Shown: one piece after another, positions 18,222 to 28,009 of the stretch | Layout of the letters: the number at the start of each line of letters is the position of its first letter | Position numbering within the stretch: position 1 is the stretch's first letter | Assembly (NCBI RefSeq): GCF_008000775.2 | Contig: NZ_CP042905.2 | Location: 300,001 to 332,000, forward strand | DNA: 32,000 nt | DNA from: Promethearchaeum syntrophicum | Lineage (GTDB): Archaea > Asgardarchaeota > Lokiarchaeia > Sigyniarchaeales > Promethearchaeaceae | Direction: 5' to 3' | Program-made: the position numbers and the translations under genes | The notes under the pieces: generated by a model | Databases searched by the model: none | Told to the model about the DNA's origin: nothing | The model's input: only the letters and a program-made list of their open reading frames with translations

Positions 18222-20288
18222 GTGGATTTAAACAAAAACCATACTTTAATTCCTCGTTTTGGAACTTGTACAAAGGATTGTTATGGCTCATGTGTCTTTA
18301 CGGGTTATTGGGATGATTCAGCACCTATCCAAAAACTTGTAAAGGCAAATCCTAATAAAAAACATCCATTTACTCAAGGTATATTTTGTCCTAAATTCAC
18401 AGATCGGCAAACAATTCTTTATCATGAAGAACGAATCAAACACCCTCTCTATCGGTTAGGAAAAAAAGGTTTAAACCAATTTCAAAATATTTCCTTTTCG
18501 AAAGCATGGGAAACGTTATTATACAAAATCAATGAAGTGCTAAACGAACATGGACCTAGAAGTATTATGTTTGCTTCTTACTGTGGAAATACAGGTTTAA
18601 TATCAGGATATTATCCTTTACGTTTTTTTTACAATTTAGGTTCTTTTGTATCAAAAGGCGGGATATGTAATGAAGGAGGTCTAGCGGGATTAGCACAAAT
18701 GTTTGGTACCTATTCAATGACTAATCCATTTCAGATAAATAACTCTGAAACACATCTAATTGTTGTATGGGCATCTGATTTGAGTGAAAACAATAATCAT
18801 TTGTATAATTTAGTAAGAAAAGCCCAAAAAAAAGGGACTAAACTTGTAGTGGTGGATTCTAAAATTACAAAAATTTCGCAACAAGCAGATTTGCATATAC
18901 GACCAGCGCAGAATTCAGATGTTGTTTTATCATCATTAATTTTACAGAAGTTAGTCAAATCAGAAAAAATTAATTATTCTTTTCTTAAAAAGCATGTAAA
19001 GGATTATGAACATATTATTGACGAATCTTTACAAACAGATGAAGAAGAGAAACATAAAATCGTTAGAGTAAATATCAATAACTTAACGTATCTCATAGAA
19101 CTTTTAATTGAACATAAGAATCATACAATTTTTACTGTTGGTTATGGTATTCAAAAAGATTTTTTTGGTGGTAAAATCGTTCAATCAATTGCGTTACTTC
19201 AAATTTTCTTAGGTAATTTCGGTAGAGCAGGAACTGGTCTTTTATATTCTCAAAGTGATTATAATAAATCATTAATCACCAAAATTATTCAAGAAATTAG
19301 TCAAGATCGACTTTTCTCTAGTAAGAATGAATATGAAATAATTTCTTTATCAGAAGCTTTAGAAGATAAGAAGATCAAACTACTTATTATATCTAATTTT
19401 AATCCCGCAAATTCATTACCAAATCAAACGCGATTAAGAAAAAGTTTAATGCGAAAAGATTTATTTACAGTAGTGCTTGAAGTTTTTCAGACTGAGACCA
19501 CAAGCTTTGCGGATTTAGTTTTTCCGATGAAATTTGATGTCGAAACAAATGAAATTGTAGCAAGTTATTATATTCCTGGGCTGTCTATAAATCAATCTGG
19601 AAAATGTCCCTATCCTGATTGTTTATCTAATTTTGAATTCTTTACTAAATTAGGTTATGATTTAGGAAAGCAACGTAATTGGAAATTGACAAATTTAAAT
19701 CAATTCAAAGGAAATGATAGTGATTTATTAGATAAATGTTTGGATATCGCCGGAAATAAGATAAAAACTGAGGTTTTAGAAAATGGGTATAGTTTATTTT
19801 TCAAAGAAGATTCAGTTTTTTTTAAAAATTTAATCTTTCCAACACCTTCAACAAAAATTGAATTAACACGAAGTTCATTAAATCTCCCTAATCCACCTCT
19901 ACTGTTTAAATTCCCAGAAGATGACGATAGTGAAGAATTTACTTTGTTAACACCACACCATCCTAGATTTTTACATTCACAACTCGGGGTGTTAAATCGA
20001 AAATTCTATCCCGATTTTGAAAAAGTCTTTGTTGCTGATCACGATTTGAAAAAAATAAAATGCAAAATTGGAGATCAAGTCCTAGTATTTAATCAACTCG
20101 GGACAAGTGAGTTTATAATTGACACTCTTAATTCTCTTCAATCAGGAGTGGCATTAATTTATTCGGGGGGACCAATCAGATCTAATGATGCTAAAAACCC
20201 TAACTATTTCACACCTGATATTCCAGAAGAACTCGGTCATTCGGGAAGTTATAATTCTGCAAGAATAAGAATTAAAAAAATTAAATAG
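18222..20288 (+). CDS. Molybdopterin-dependent oxidoreductase (DMSO reductase family)
   Basis: FGTCTKDCYGSCVF...GIFCPKF [4Fe-4S]-type motif; ASYCGNTGLISGYYPLRFFYNLGS; molydopterin-dinucleotide binding-like C-terminal domain. The track start (18012) overlaps the divergent HAD gene; GTG at 18222 (VDLNKNHTLIPRFGTC) is the likelier start. Confidence 0.85.
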   Translation: MDLNKNHTLIPRFGTCTKDCYGSCVFTGYWDDSAPIQKLVKANPNKKHPFTQGIFCPKFTDRQTILYHEERIKHPLYRLGKKGLNQFQNISFSKAWETLLYKINEVLNEHGPRSIMFASYCGNTGLISGYYPLRFFYNLGSFVSKGGICNEGGLAGLAQMFGTYSMTNPFQINNSETHLIVVWASDLSENNNHLYNLVRKAQKKGTKLVVVDSKITKISQQADLHIRPAQNSDVVLSSLILQKLVKSEKINYSFLKKHVKDYEHIIDESLQTDEEEKHKIVRVNINNLTYLIELLIEHKNHTIFTVGYGIQKDFFGGKIVQSIALLQIFLGNFGRAGTGLLYSQSDYNKSLITKIIQEISQDRLFSSKNEYEIISLSEALEDKKIKLLIISNFNPANSLPNQTRLRKSLMRKDLFTVVLEVFQTETTSFADLVFPMKFDVETNEIVASYYIPGLSINQSGKCPYPDCLSNFEFFTKLGYDLGKQRNWKLTNLNQFKGNDSDLLDKCLDIAGNKIKTEVLENGYSLFFKEDSVFFKNLIFPTPSTKIELTRSSLNLPNPPLLFKFPEDDDSEEFTLLTPHHPRFLHSQLGVLNRKFYPDFEKVFVADHDLKKIKCKIGDQVLVFNQLGTSEFIIDTLNSLQSGVALIYSGGPIRSNDAKNPNYFTPDIPEELGHSGSYNSARIRIKKIK

Positions 20289-20838
20289 ATCCTAAATAAT
20301 CGCGCCATTCTTTAATTTGCTTTGACAATCCTTCAAATAATATTAATTCTTCTGAGGTTAATGCCTTTTTAGATTGTATATTTTGAGTTTGAATTGCAAA
20401 CCGAATAATTTTTGCCAGCCTTACACGTATTAGATCATTTATGTCAGAATAAAGTTGTTTGAAATCCTTTTGTGGCTTTTTACCTTCTTCAGATTGTGTA
20501 TTTAACAATTTTAATTCTTGGTGTGCTTGAATATATACATGTTTATGATTTTTTGGAATATTTCCTAATTCCCTATTTGTTGATTCTCGAAAATTAATTT
20601 TCTGGATTGTTTTTGCAGTTATTTGGTTCCCATCATCAAAACGAATATAACCTTCCTTAATAAGAATCCGAGCTATGTAATTATCTAATGAATATGGGTG
20701 CCCAACTTTAAAGGGACCTATTTTTCGACCAAGATGCTGGAAATTTTTTAATTCTTTAATGCAAATTGTATCTATTTTTTGGTGAAAATATTCATTTTCT
20801 TCACGTAATAGTTTATTTCGAATTGAGTTTACCATCAC
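20281..20838 (-). CDS. GINS complex subunit-like protein (Gins23/Psf2-Psf3-type domain order)
   Basis: N-terminal B-domain-like IKELKNFQHLGRKIGPFKVGHPYSLDNYIARILIKEGYIRF followed by helical A-domain-like DINDLIRVRLAKIIRFAIQ...LTSEELILFEGLSKQIKEWRDYL. Confidence 0.65.
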   Translation of the reverse strand: MMVNSIRNKLLREENEYFHQKIDTICIKELKNFQHLGRKIGPFKVGHPYSLDNYIARILIKEGYIRFDDGNQITAKTIQKINFRESTNRELGNIPKNHKHVYIQAHQELKLLNTQSEEGKKPQKDFKQLYSDINDLIRVRLAKIIRFAIQTQNIQSKKALTSEELILFEGLSKQIKEWRDYLGSI

Positions 20839-20901
20839 ATTAAATAAATCGCCTTTTCTATTATAAACATCTTTATTTGTAAGTTGATATAAATAAATAT
20901 C

Positions 20902-23900
20902 ATGGGTATTATCTCTGAATTATTCAACTTATCTTTCAAATTAAATGGTTATACAATAGTATTAATGATAATTTATATTGGAACCATAGCCGCGGGATAT
21001 AATTTAATGGCTAAACAAGTTAAATTAGTTAAAAAGGAGATTTGGGATAATGCCGATAGGTTTAAAAGTTTTATTTGGGGATTCTATTTTGGAAACTCAG
21101 TAATTATCATCGTTACAATTATGATGACTTTCCTGATTACTGAAATTGAAAAAAATAAACTTGAAAATCCTTTATTTGAAACTGCACTAGGAACTATTTC
21201 ACCCTTTATTATTTTTCCATTATTGTTTTGTTTATTATTTATTTCCATTTATCCACTTGCTGATTTATTATACATGGCAAGTGGAGAGAATGCTATGACA
21301 CCACTTCAAAAACCCTACAAAAAAATAATTGATTTAGTTCCCAAACCTTATACATACATTATCGCGGTATTATTATATTTTGTTGCTATTTTGTTGCCTC
21401 CACTATTGTTAATTAGTTTATTACAAATTGAAGTAATGATTTCTTGGATTAGCTGGGCGTTAATATATCCAATAGTAATTTTAACTTATTATGGTGTTCT
21501 AGGATTTATGATAGTCTTAGGAATGACTATATCTAAAATTCCTTCAATGGAACGCTCAACATTTCTAGCATTTGACTCCAGTAAAAGAGCCAATAAAGAG
21601 TTTCTCCGTGATCCTTTAAACCGAATTTTATATGGGCTTCTAATTTTTGTTTATATTTTTCAATTTTATGCTTTTATCCGTAATATTGTAAGATTAGACC
21701 CCAATTTTTGGACCGAACCTTCACCTCACTGGTATGATGTTTTTAATTGGATGATTTATCTTTCTTTAGGCATTAGTATAACTGTATATTTTAGTCGCTT
21801 TTGGGGTAGAAAGATAAAATTCAAAACTATGGATATATTATTTGCTTCTTTTCTAATCGCAGCAGTAGGAATAAATGTTTTAACAACTTATACTGTATCT
21901 TTTTATTATCAATTTGAATCCATTTATACTCAATTTTCCCCCACCGCGGTTTATTATAATCTCCATGATATTAATTCAATTGGTTTTGAAGTTGGTAAGT
22001 ATAGTCTTTTCACCTTAGCTTCAAATATCGAAGAAACCGTTCTAATTATCGGAATTACTTATTTTTTATTCTTTGAAAAAAATCGGAAATACTGGAAAGA
22101 AATCCTATACGGACAAATCACACAATCTTTAGAAGTTTTCAATCCAGTTCCATCATTTAATATGTTATCTAAAGACGATATTAAATTAAGGGAACATTCT
22201 AAAAATGTTTTAAAAGAGATGTATGATCGTCTTCCGATCAGAAAAGGTTATGACCTAAACGATCCAGTATTCCGAGACTCTCTTTTTGATGCAATATGTC
22301 ATCCTTCAAATTTGATTGCACAAGAAACCAGTAAAGAAATTCTAGGAAATTTAATGGAAAACTACCCTAAAAAGACCTTGTTTATGCTTAAAGATGTTCT
22401 AAATTCTAAGAATTTTGATAAAGTAAAATCAGTTTTAGATGTAATTCTTAAACATGGTAATAAAATACTTCCTTTAATGGATTCCTATACATTCTTCATA
22501 TTACTAAATCACCCCGATTATAGGATAAGAAATATTTCAATTGAGATTTTAGATAAGCAATTCCATGAAAATATTTTAGATTCATACAGTATTTCTCCTA
22601 CAGAGGAGCAAATATCATTACTAATCGAACATTTGGAGAATCCAGATCATAATTTTCAAAGCAATGTTCTTCAGTTTCTAAGTAAACATCCAAATATGGT
22701 CCCTCAAGAAGTATTTTCCAGTCGACTGGATCATTCGATAACAAAAATTAGAAGTATAGCAGCAAAAGCATCTAGTACAACTAAATTTGATGATATAAAT
22801 CAAGCCACAATTCCAAAATTAATAGAAATGATGGATTCTGCAAACCCTGAAATAAAAATATCCGTTTTCTCCGCGTTAACAAAAATAGGTCATTTTAATG
22901 AGAATAAAATACCCATTGAACCATTTATATCCGGGTTATTAGATCAAAATAACGCAATCAGAAATGCCGCTGTAGAGGGAGTTTTAACTATTTTGAAGGA
23001 ACAGCCTTATTCGATTAAATCTAATTATATTCTATCTATAATAGACTCGCAAGATGTTGAAATTCAACAATCATTGCTTAAAATACTTGAGGCTTTATGG
23101 AAGCAATCATTTATTACAATTTTTCCAAAAATGATTAAATTTGTTCATTCAGAAAATTCTGATCTTCAGAAATTATCTCAAAAAATTCTGGTAAATATGG
23201 GGTTGCAAGATCCAAAATTACTTGTTTCTAAATTGGTTATAGAACCCGATACAGAAAGTTTTATTCAAAGGGGTAAAATTTCAGAAACAATTATTAAAAT
23301 TTCAAAATCGAATCCTAAACGAGTCATACCGATTATGATTGAAAATTTGACAAACGAAAAAGATTTTGTTCGATTAAATGTAGCTACAGTGTTATCAGAA
23401 CTCTCTTCAATTCACCCTGAAGAAATTCCTTTGGATATTCTTGTAAATCAATGGTCGAAAGAAGAAAAAATTAAAATCTCTAAAGAGTTAACAAATTGCA
23501 TTTCAAACATATCGAATAAGGAACCTTTGACATTCAAATTTCATATGAATCAAATTTTAGAAACCTTCTCAAAATCAAATTCAACATTAAGATTAATCAT
23601 AGCAAAATTATTTATCGATATTGCAGAGAAAAATAATGAATTACTTCCTTTCGATGTTATTCAACAACTAACCACTGATGAAGATTCATATATTCGTGAA
23701 ATCGGGATTAAAATTATTGGGTTTGTAGGAAGAATTTATCCAAAGAAATCAATAACTATCATTCAAAAAGGATTAAAAGATCCTGATTGGAATGTTAAAA
23801 ATGCTGCTACCGATGCATTTAATAAAATTGGTTCAGAAATCGAAAGTGAAGATTTGATATATGAAATTAAAAGTCTTTTAAAAGATGAAAATAAATGGAC

Positions 23901-24369
23901 TCGGCTCGCAGCTTTGGAAATGATAATAAATTATGCGGAAAAAAATCAATCTATTATAACATTGAATGAAACACTCAATTTAATTAATTTACCCGGAAGT
24001 GAAGAAATCTATCTTTATAATCTTGCAAAATTATTAGGAATAGTTGGTACTCAGGATTTTAAGCAATCTTTTCCAGAAATGATTAACTTAATGAAAAATC
24101 CATCTAAAAAAGTTAGAGAAGGTATGATCTCAGGAATGGTAAAATTATCAAATGTAATTGATAATAATTTACTAATTCCAAAATTATTATTTTATTTTAG
24201 TGATGAAACTGATATGAAATTACAACAAAGTGTCGCTCTTGTCTTTAAAAGGATAATGAAATATGAAACAGGAGAAATAAAACAGAGAGTTCTTTCAGTT
24301 TTATCTATTAGGGCTGGAGTTAGTCAAGATCCAATTCTTTTATCTGTGTTATCTGAGTTACAAGACTAA
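20902..24369 (+). CDS. Large integral membrane protein (about 10 TM) with C-terminal HEAT/armadillo-like repeats
   Basis: Hydrophobic segments to about residue 400, then many HEAT-like helical pairs (e.g. IPKLIEMMDSANPEIKISVFSALTKIGHFNENKIPIEPFISGLLDQNNAIRNAAVEGVLTIL). Confidence 0.8.
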   Translation: MGIISELFNLSFKLNGYTIVLMIIYIGTIAAGYNLMAKQVKLVKKEIWDNADRFKSFIWGFYFGNSVIIIVTIMMTFLITEIEKNKLENPLFETALGTISPFIIFPLLFCLLFISIYPLADLLYMASGENAMTPLQKPYKKIIDLVPKPYTYIIAVLLYFVAILLPPLLLISLLQIEVMISWISWALIYPIVILTYYGVLGFMIVLGMTISKIPSMERSTFLAFDSSKRANKEFLRDPLNRILYGLLIFVYIFQFYAFIRNIVRLDPNFWTEPSPHWYDVFNWMIYLSLGISITVYFSRFWGRKIKFKTMDILFASFLIAAVGINVLTTYTVSFYYQFESIYTQFSPTAVYYNLHDINSIGFEVGKYSLFTLASNIEETVLIIGITYFLFFEKNRKYWKEILYGQITQSLEVFNPVPSFNMLSKDDIKLREHSKNVLKEMYDRLPIRKGYDLNDPVFRDSLFDAICHPSNLIAQETSKEILGNLMENYPKKTLFMLKDVLNSKNFDKVKSVLDVILKHGNKILPLMDSYTFFILLNHPDYRIRNISIEILDKQFHENILDSYSISPTEEQISLLIEHLENPDHNFQSNVLQFLSKHPNMVPQEVFSSRLDHSITKIRSIAAKASSTTKFDDINQATIPKLIEMMDSANPEIKISVFSALTKIGHFNENKIPIEPFISGLLDQNNAIRNAAVEGVLTILKEQPYSIKSNYILSIIDSQDVEIQQSLLKILEALWKQSFITIFPKMIKFVHSENSDLQKLSQKILVNMGLQDPKLLVSKLVIEPDTESFIQRGKISETIIKISKSNPKRVIPIMIENLTNEKDFVRLNVATVLSELSSIHPEEIPLDILVNQWSKEEKIKISKELTNCISNISNKEPLTFKFHMNQILETFSKSNSTLRLIIAKLFIDIAEKNNELLPFDVIQQLTTDEDSYIREIGIKIIGFVGRIYPKKSITIIQKGLKDPDWNVKNAATDAFNKIGSEIESEDLIYEIKSLLKDENKWTRLAALEMIINYAEKNQSIITLNETLNLINLPGSEEIYLYNLAKLLGIVGTQDFKQSFPEMINLMKNPSKKVREGMISGMVKLSNVIDNNLLIPKLLFYFSDETDMKLQQSVALVFKRIMKYETGEIKQRVLSVLSIRAGVSQDPILLSVLSELQD

Positions 24370-24410
24370 AGTGGTTTTAACTAAAATTAAGATAGAATAA
24401 ATAAAAAAAA

Positions 24411-25961
24411 TTATTCAATTAATCCATTTTTTTTTAACTTAACTAATCCTTTCTGTATTGCCTCATCGTAATTAATTGAATTTTCAATCGTATATTCGAA
24501 ATTACTTCTCAATTTCATATCTCTATCAAGAATTTGTGTTATTTCTTGTTCAAAGTTTAAAAATGCAGAAGAGAGTGGAGTCCTAGTTAAAGTTTTTCCT
24601 GAAAATATAGAAGGAAATATAAATTCTATTCTTTCATCTTCATCCTCATCTTCAATTATTCCGATTCCAACTGGAATAAAAATTCGAATAGTAGGATTAT
24701 GAATATTGCTTTCATCATCATTAATTTCCCATTTTCGAATCTTTTTTTCGTCTTCATCACAATTCGTCAATTTATTTTCAATTATCTGATTGATTGAATT
24801 GTATAAATCTGAGATTTTTTTTTTATAATTTTGAATTTCATTGATTTTTTCTTCATGCTTTTTACTTATTTGGCGAATTTGTTCTTCTTGGTTGTTTTTT
24901 TGATCACTTAATTCTTGAGATTTGTGAGAAATCTTACTTTCTGCTGAAATATTTAAATTTTCAATGTTTTTTCTAATAACGTTCATTTTATTAGAGATTT
25001 CTTGTAAATATTGCTCAGATTTTTCAATTGAATCTCTTATATACGAAATATGTTGAAATCCTTGCATTACTACTTCTCCAACCATTTTAGTTTTTAGTGA
25101 ATCAATTTGTAGAAAATAATTATTTCTTTTACGCAAATCTTCAAAAATTAGATCGATCCCAACAAACATTTTTCCAACTTTGGTTATAATATCTTTTTGT
25201 TCCATTAACACCCATTGATCTACGTTATCTTTTTCCAGATTCATTTTATTACTTATAAAACTTTCATCGATATCAGTAACTCTATTTAATTCACTTTTAT
25301 ATAGGGCTTTTGCATCTTTTTCTTTCACAATATATTCTGTAATCCAACTATCAAATGGTTCTGTTATATTTGATTTCAAAGTATTCCATCGCATTTTGTT
25401 TCCTGTGACTTCATTTAAAGTTTTCATCCAATCTTGAGCAAAATTTATTGAATCATCAAAATTGAAAAGACTATCCAAGATTGAAAATTCTGTTGGTTTA
25501 AAATTCTCTGGATTTTTAATTATTTTAGTGAATCCTTCTAATAATTCAGGAGAGACTAAACCATTTATTTTTCTTGTTATAAATTCATCATCTAATTGTT
25601 GGGGTTCAGTTAATTGATCAACATTTAATCTTTTCTTAAAATTAATTACTTCTTTTGCCATTTCCATTTTTTCAATTATTCCCAAATTTTGATCTCTTAA
25701 AACATGTCCAACTTGTGCCGTTCTTGGAGCATTATTTATTTTTAAATTAAAATCAGATAACCCTACTTCATCAATCATAACATGATATGAAGGATTTCCT
25801 TGTATGAATATATATGGCCAAAATATTTCAGTGAATCTGGTTAATTTTTCGTTATTTTTTACGCGTCTTTTTATTTGAATAAAATTCGCTGCCAGACTCT
25901 CTTCAAAAGTTAAATTTTTATTTTTATCCCCGTTGATTGCAAAAGGTGTTCTTAGTGACAT
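24411..25961 (-). CDS. Hypothetical protein with central coiled coil, 516 aa
   Basis: Long ORF; heptad-rich stretch SEQYLQEISNKMNVIRKNIENLNISAESKISHKSQELSDQKNNQEEQIRQISKKHEEKINEIQNYKKKISDL. Confidence 0.75.
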   Translation of the reverse strand: MSLRTPFAINGDKNKNLTFEESLAANFIQIKRRVKNNEKLTRFTEIFWPYIFIQGNPSYHVMIDEVGLSDFNLKINNAPRTAQVGHVLRDQNLGIIEKMEMAKEVINFKKRLNVDQLTEPQQLDDEFITRKINGLVSPELLEGFTKIIKNPENFKPTEFSILDSLFNFDDSINFAQDWMKTLNEVTGNKMRWNTLKSNITEPFDSWITEYIVKEKDAKALYKSELNRVTDIDESFISNKMNLEKDNVDQWVLMEQKDIITKVGKMFVGIDLIFEDLRKRNNYFLQIDSLKTKMVGEVVMQGFQHISYIRDSIEKSEQYLQEISNKMNVIRKNIENLNISAESKISHKSQELSDQKNNQEEQIRQISKKHEEKINEIQNYKKKISDLYNSINQIIENKLTNCDEDEKKIRKWEINDDESNIHNPTIRIFIPVGIGIIEDEDEDERIEFIFPSIFSGKTLTRTPLSSAFLNFEQEITQILDRDMKLRSNFEYTIENSINYDEAIQKGLVKLKKNGLIE

Positions 25962-26046
25962 TATAAGCTCTTTCTTTTATTTTATAATAAATTCTGTTTA
26001 GAAAAACCTTAATAAATTTTGTAAAGAAAAAAGAAATATATTAGAC

Positions 26047-26988
26047 ATGGAAGAAAATTCTAAGATTTCCTTAGATAATGATATAAGTAAATTAATAAAA
26101 GATTTTAATAAAACGTTTGAAAAAAAAGAAACTGATATAATTATTGAAAAGAGGGCACGTATATGTTCAAATTTGGCAGTGTTATATTGGAAAAAGGAAA
26201 ATTTAGAAGATTCAAAGAAGTTTTTTTTAGAAGCTATTCAGGAATATGACAAATTAAAAGATGAATTTAAGCTTGCATCTACAAAAGGTGCATTAGGATC
26301 ATTATATATTCAAAAGGGGAAATTTGAATTAGCAAAAATTTATACTGAAGAAGCTTATGAATATTGGACAAATTCTATGCATTTAAATGAACGCTTAGCG
26401 TGTTTACAAAATCTAGCAATTATAAATCTACGATTAAATGAAGAAGTAAAAGCATCAGATTACGTTTTAGAAGCAATGAAAATGGCAATGCAATTACAAG
26501 ATGAAGATCTTTTTGCGCAATCAATACACATTCTGCTCAATTATTATGAAAATAAAAAAAGATACGATATGCTATTGGAATTAAAAATAAAAGCTTTAGA
26601 ATTTTGGACACAATTGAATCTTGAAGAAAGACAATTCAAAACTCTTATTGATTTAGGGGTTTTATCTCAAGTTTTAGAAGGATTTGATGATGCAATTAAA
26701 TATTTTAAAAAAGCTTTCAATATTGGATATAATTCGAGTAATATCGAAAAAATGTATTTAGCAGAAGGATTTTTAGCTGAATCATTTTTAAATAAAAAAG
26801 ATATTGAGAAAGCAAAATATACCTATTTGCAGGCTTTCAAATTAGCTGTTTTTTTGAATTTAGATGGAAAACATCAAAATGATGTAAATTTAATGCGAAT
26901 AGCGTTACTTTCTTTAGGCTTTACAACAGAAACTTTAATTAAAGAAGCAGAAGATGCATTAAAAGAAGCTAAAGAAGAAAAAAAGTGA
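26047..26988 (+). CDS. Tetratricopeptide-repeat protein
   Basis: Repeated TPR units, e.g. AVLYWKKENLEDSKKFFLEAIQEYDKL, GSLYIQKGKFELAKIYTEEAYEYW, GVLSQVLEGFDDAIKYFKKAFNI, AESFLNKKDIEKAKYTYLQAFKLA. Confidence 0.85.
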   Translation: MEENSKISLDNDISKLIKDFNKTFEKKETDIIIEKRARICSNLAVLYWKKENLEDSKKFFLEAIQEYDKLKDEFKLASTKGALGSLYIQKGKFELAKIYTEEAYEYWTNSMHLNERLACLQNLAIINLRLNEEVKASDYVLEAMKMAMQLQDEDLFAQSIHILLNYYENKKRYDMLLELKIKALEFWTQLNLEERQFKTLIDLGVLSQVLEGFDDAIKYFKKAFNIGYNSSNIEKMYLAEGFLAESFLNKKDIEKAKYTYLQAFKLAVFLNLDGKHQNDVNLMRIALLSLGFTTETLIKEAEDALKEAKEEKK

Positions 26989-26992
26989 AATT

Positions 26993-27973
26993 CTAATCCT
27001 GTTCCCAATTTAAGGGATTTCTAAATTCTTCACCTAATTTTAAAATTTCATCATCATTTGGGGATTTCAAAGGCAAAATGGCATAAGAACCGCCATCATT
27101 TGGTAAATTCATTAATACAACAGTTTCATTTTTTTCATTTTGCATTAATTTTAGATTATCTGAAAAAGTAAAAAATGCTAATCCTCTTTTTTTAGTTGGG
27201 TCCCATAAACGATAAATTCCCGTTTCGTTTAGAACTTCTAATTTATTTACCGATAATTTACATGGAAATAAAATTTTTAGATTATTCTTACTTGGTAAAT
27301 TCATGAATTTTGTGTTAATTTTAATTAAAGGTTTTTCCCCTTTTTCTAGACTAATTAAAGTTGAAATTTGGATATTATCTTCAGATTTAATCTTTCGATC
27401 TAACTTCAAAGTTCCTCTAAAGTCGTTAGCTTCAATCAAAGAATAAGAAATTTCAAAATTTTGTTCTTTTTTCGGCTCTAATTCCACAATATGTAGATTA
27501 GAATAATTATAGAAGGAATCATCTGCCCAAATTGATCCACATCCCAATTCTTCTCCCATAATAGTTACTTTTTCTTCACATTTTCCCTGTTTCTCTTCTT
27601 CATTTTTTCTATCCATGACTGTAATTGTCCCATTCTCCTCAATTACAACTCGTATAACATCATTTTCGATATAATAATCGTTTCCATCTAATAATCCTAT
27701 TTCAGGAAGTTGAAATTCTGCCTTTGGATCTCTTTTTTTAATATAAAACATCTTTTTTCCTAAAGCTGGAACATCTTCAGCAACAAATCGAATTTTATAT
27801 AAATCTTCTTTTTCCAATTCAATTTGAGATGTTAATTCAAAATTTTTAGAATCATATATTTGTAAAGAATGGGTATTTAATGAATTTTTAAAGTGTGCAG
27901 AAATTAACTCCGTCCTAGGCCAATTACTGGGATTAGAAATTATTAATCGAATGAAATCTTTTTCAGTTGCCAT
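26993..27973 (-). CDS. Stand-alone protein resembling the C-terminal beta-sandwich domains of GH38 alpha-mannosidases
   Basis: ISNPSNWPRTELISAHF, VPALGKKMFYI, YYIENDVIRVVIEENGTITVMDRKN: pattern of GH38C; no catalytic domain is present. Confidence 0.55.
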   Translation of the reverse strand: MATEKDFIRLIISNPSNWPRTELISAHFKNSLNTHSLQIYDSKNFELTSQIELEKEDLYKIRFVAEDVPALGKKMFYIKKRDPKAEFQLPEIGLLDGNDYYIENDVIRVVIEENGTITVMDRKNEEEKQGKCEEKVTIMGEELGCGSIWADDSFYNYSNLHIVELEPKKEQNFEISYSLIEANDFRGTLKLDRKIKSEDNIQISTLISLEKGEKPLIKINTKFMNLPSKNNLKILFPCKLSVNKLEVLNETGIYRLWDPTKKRGLAFFTFSDNLKLMQNEKNETVVLMNLPNDGGSYAILPLKSPNDDEILKLGEEFRNPLNWEQD

Positions 27974-28009
27974 GACATTTTTAATTTAATTTTTATTATT
28001 ATTTTTCTG

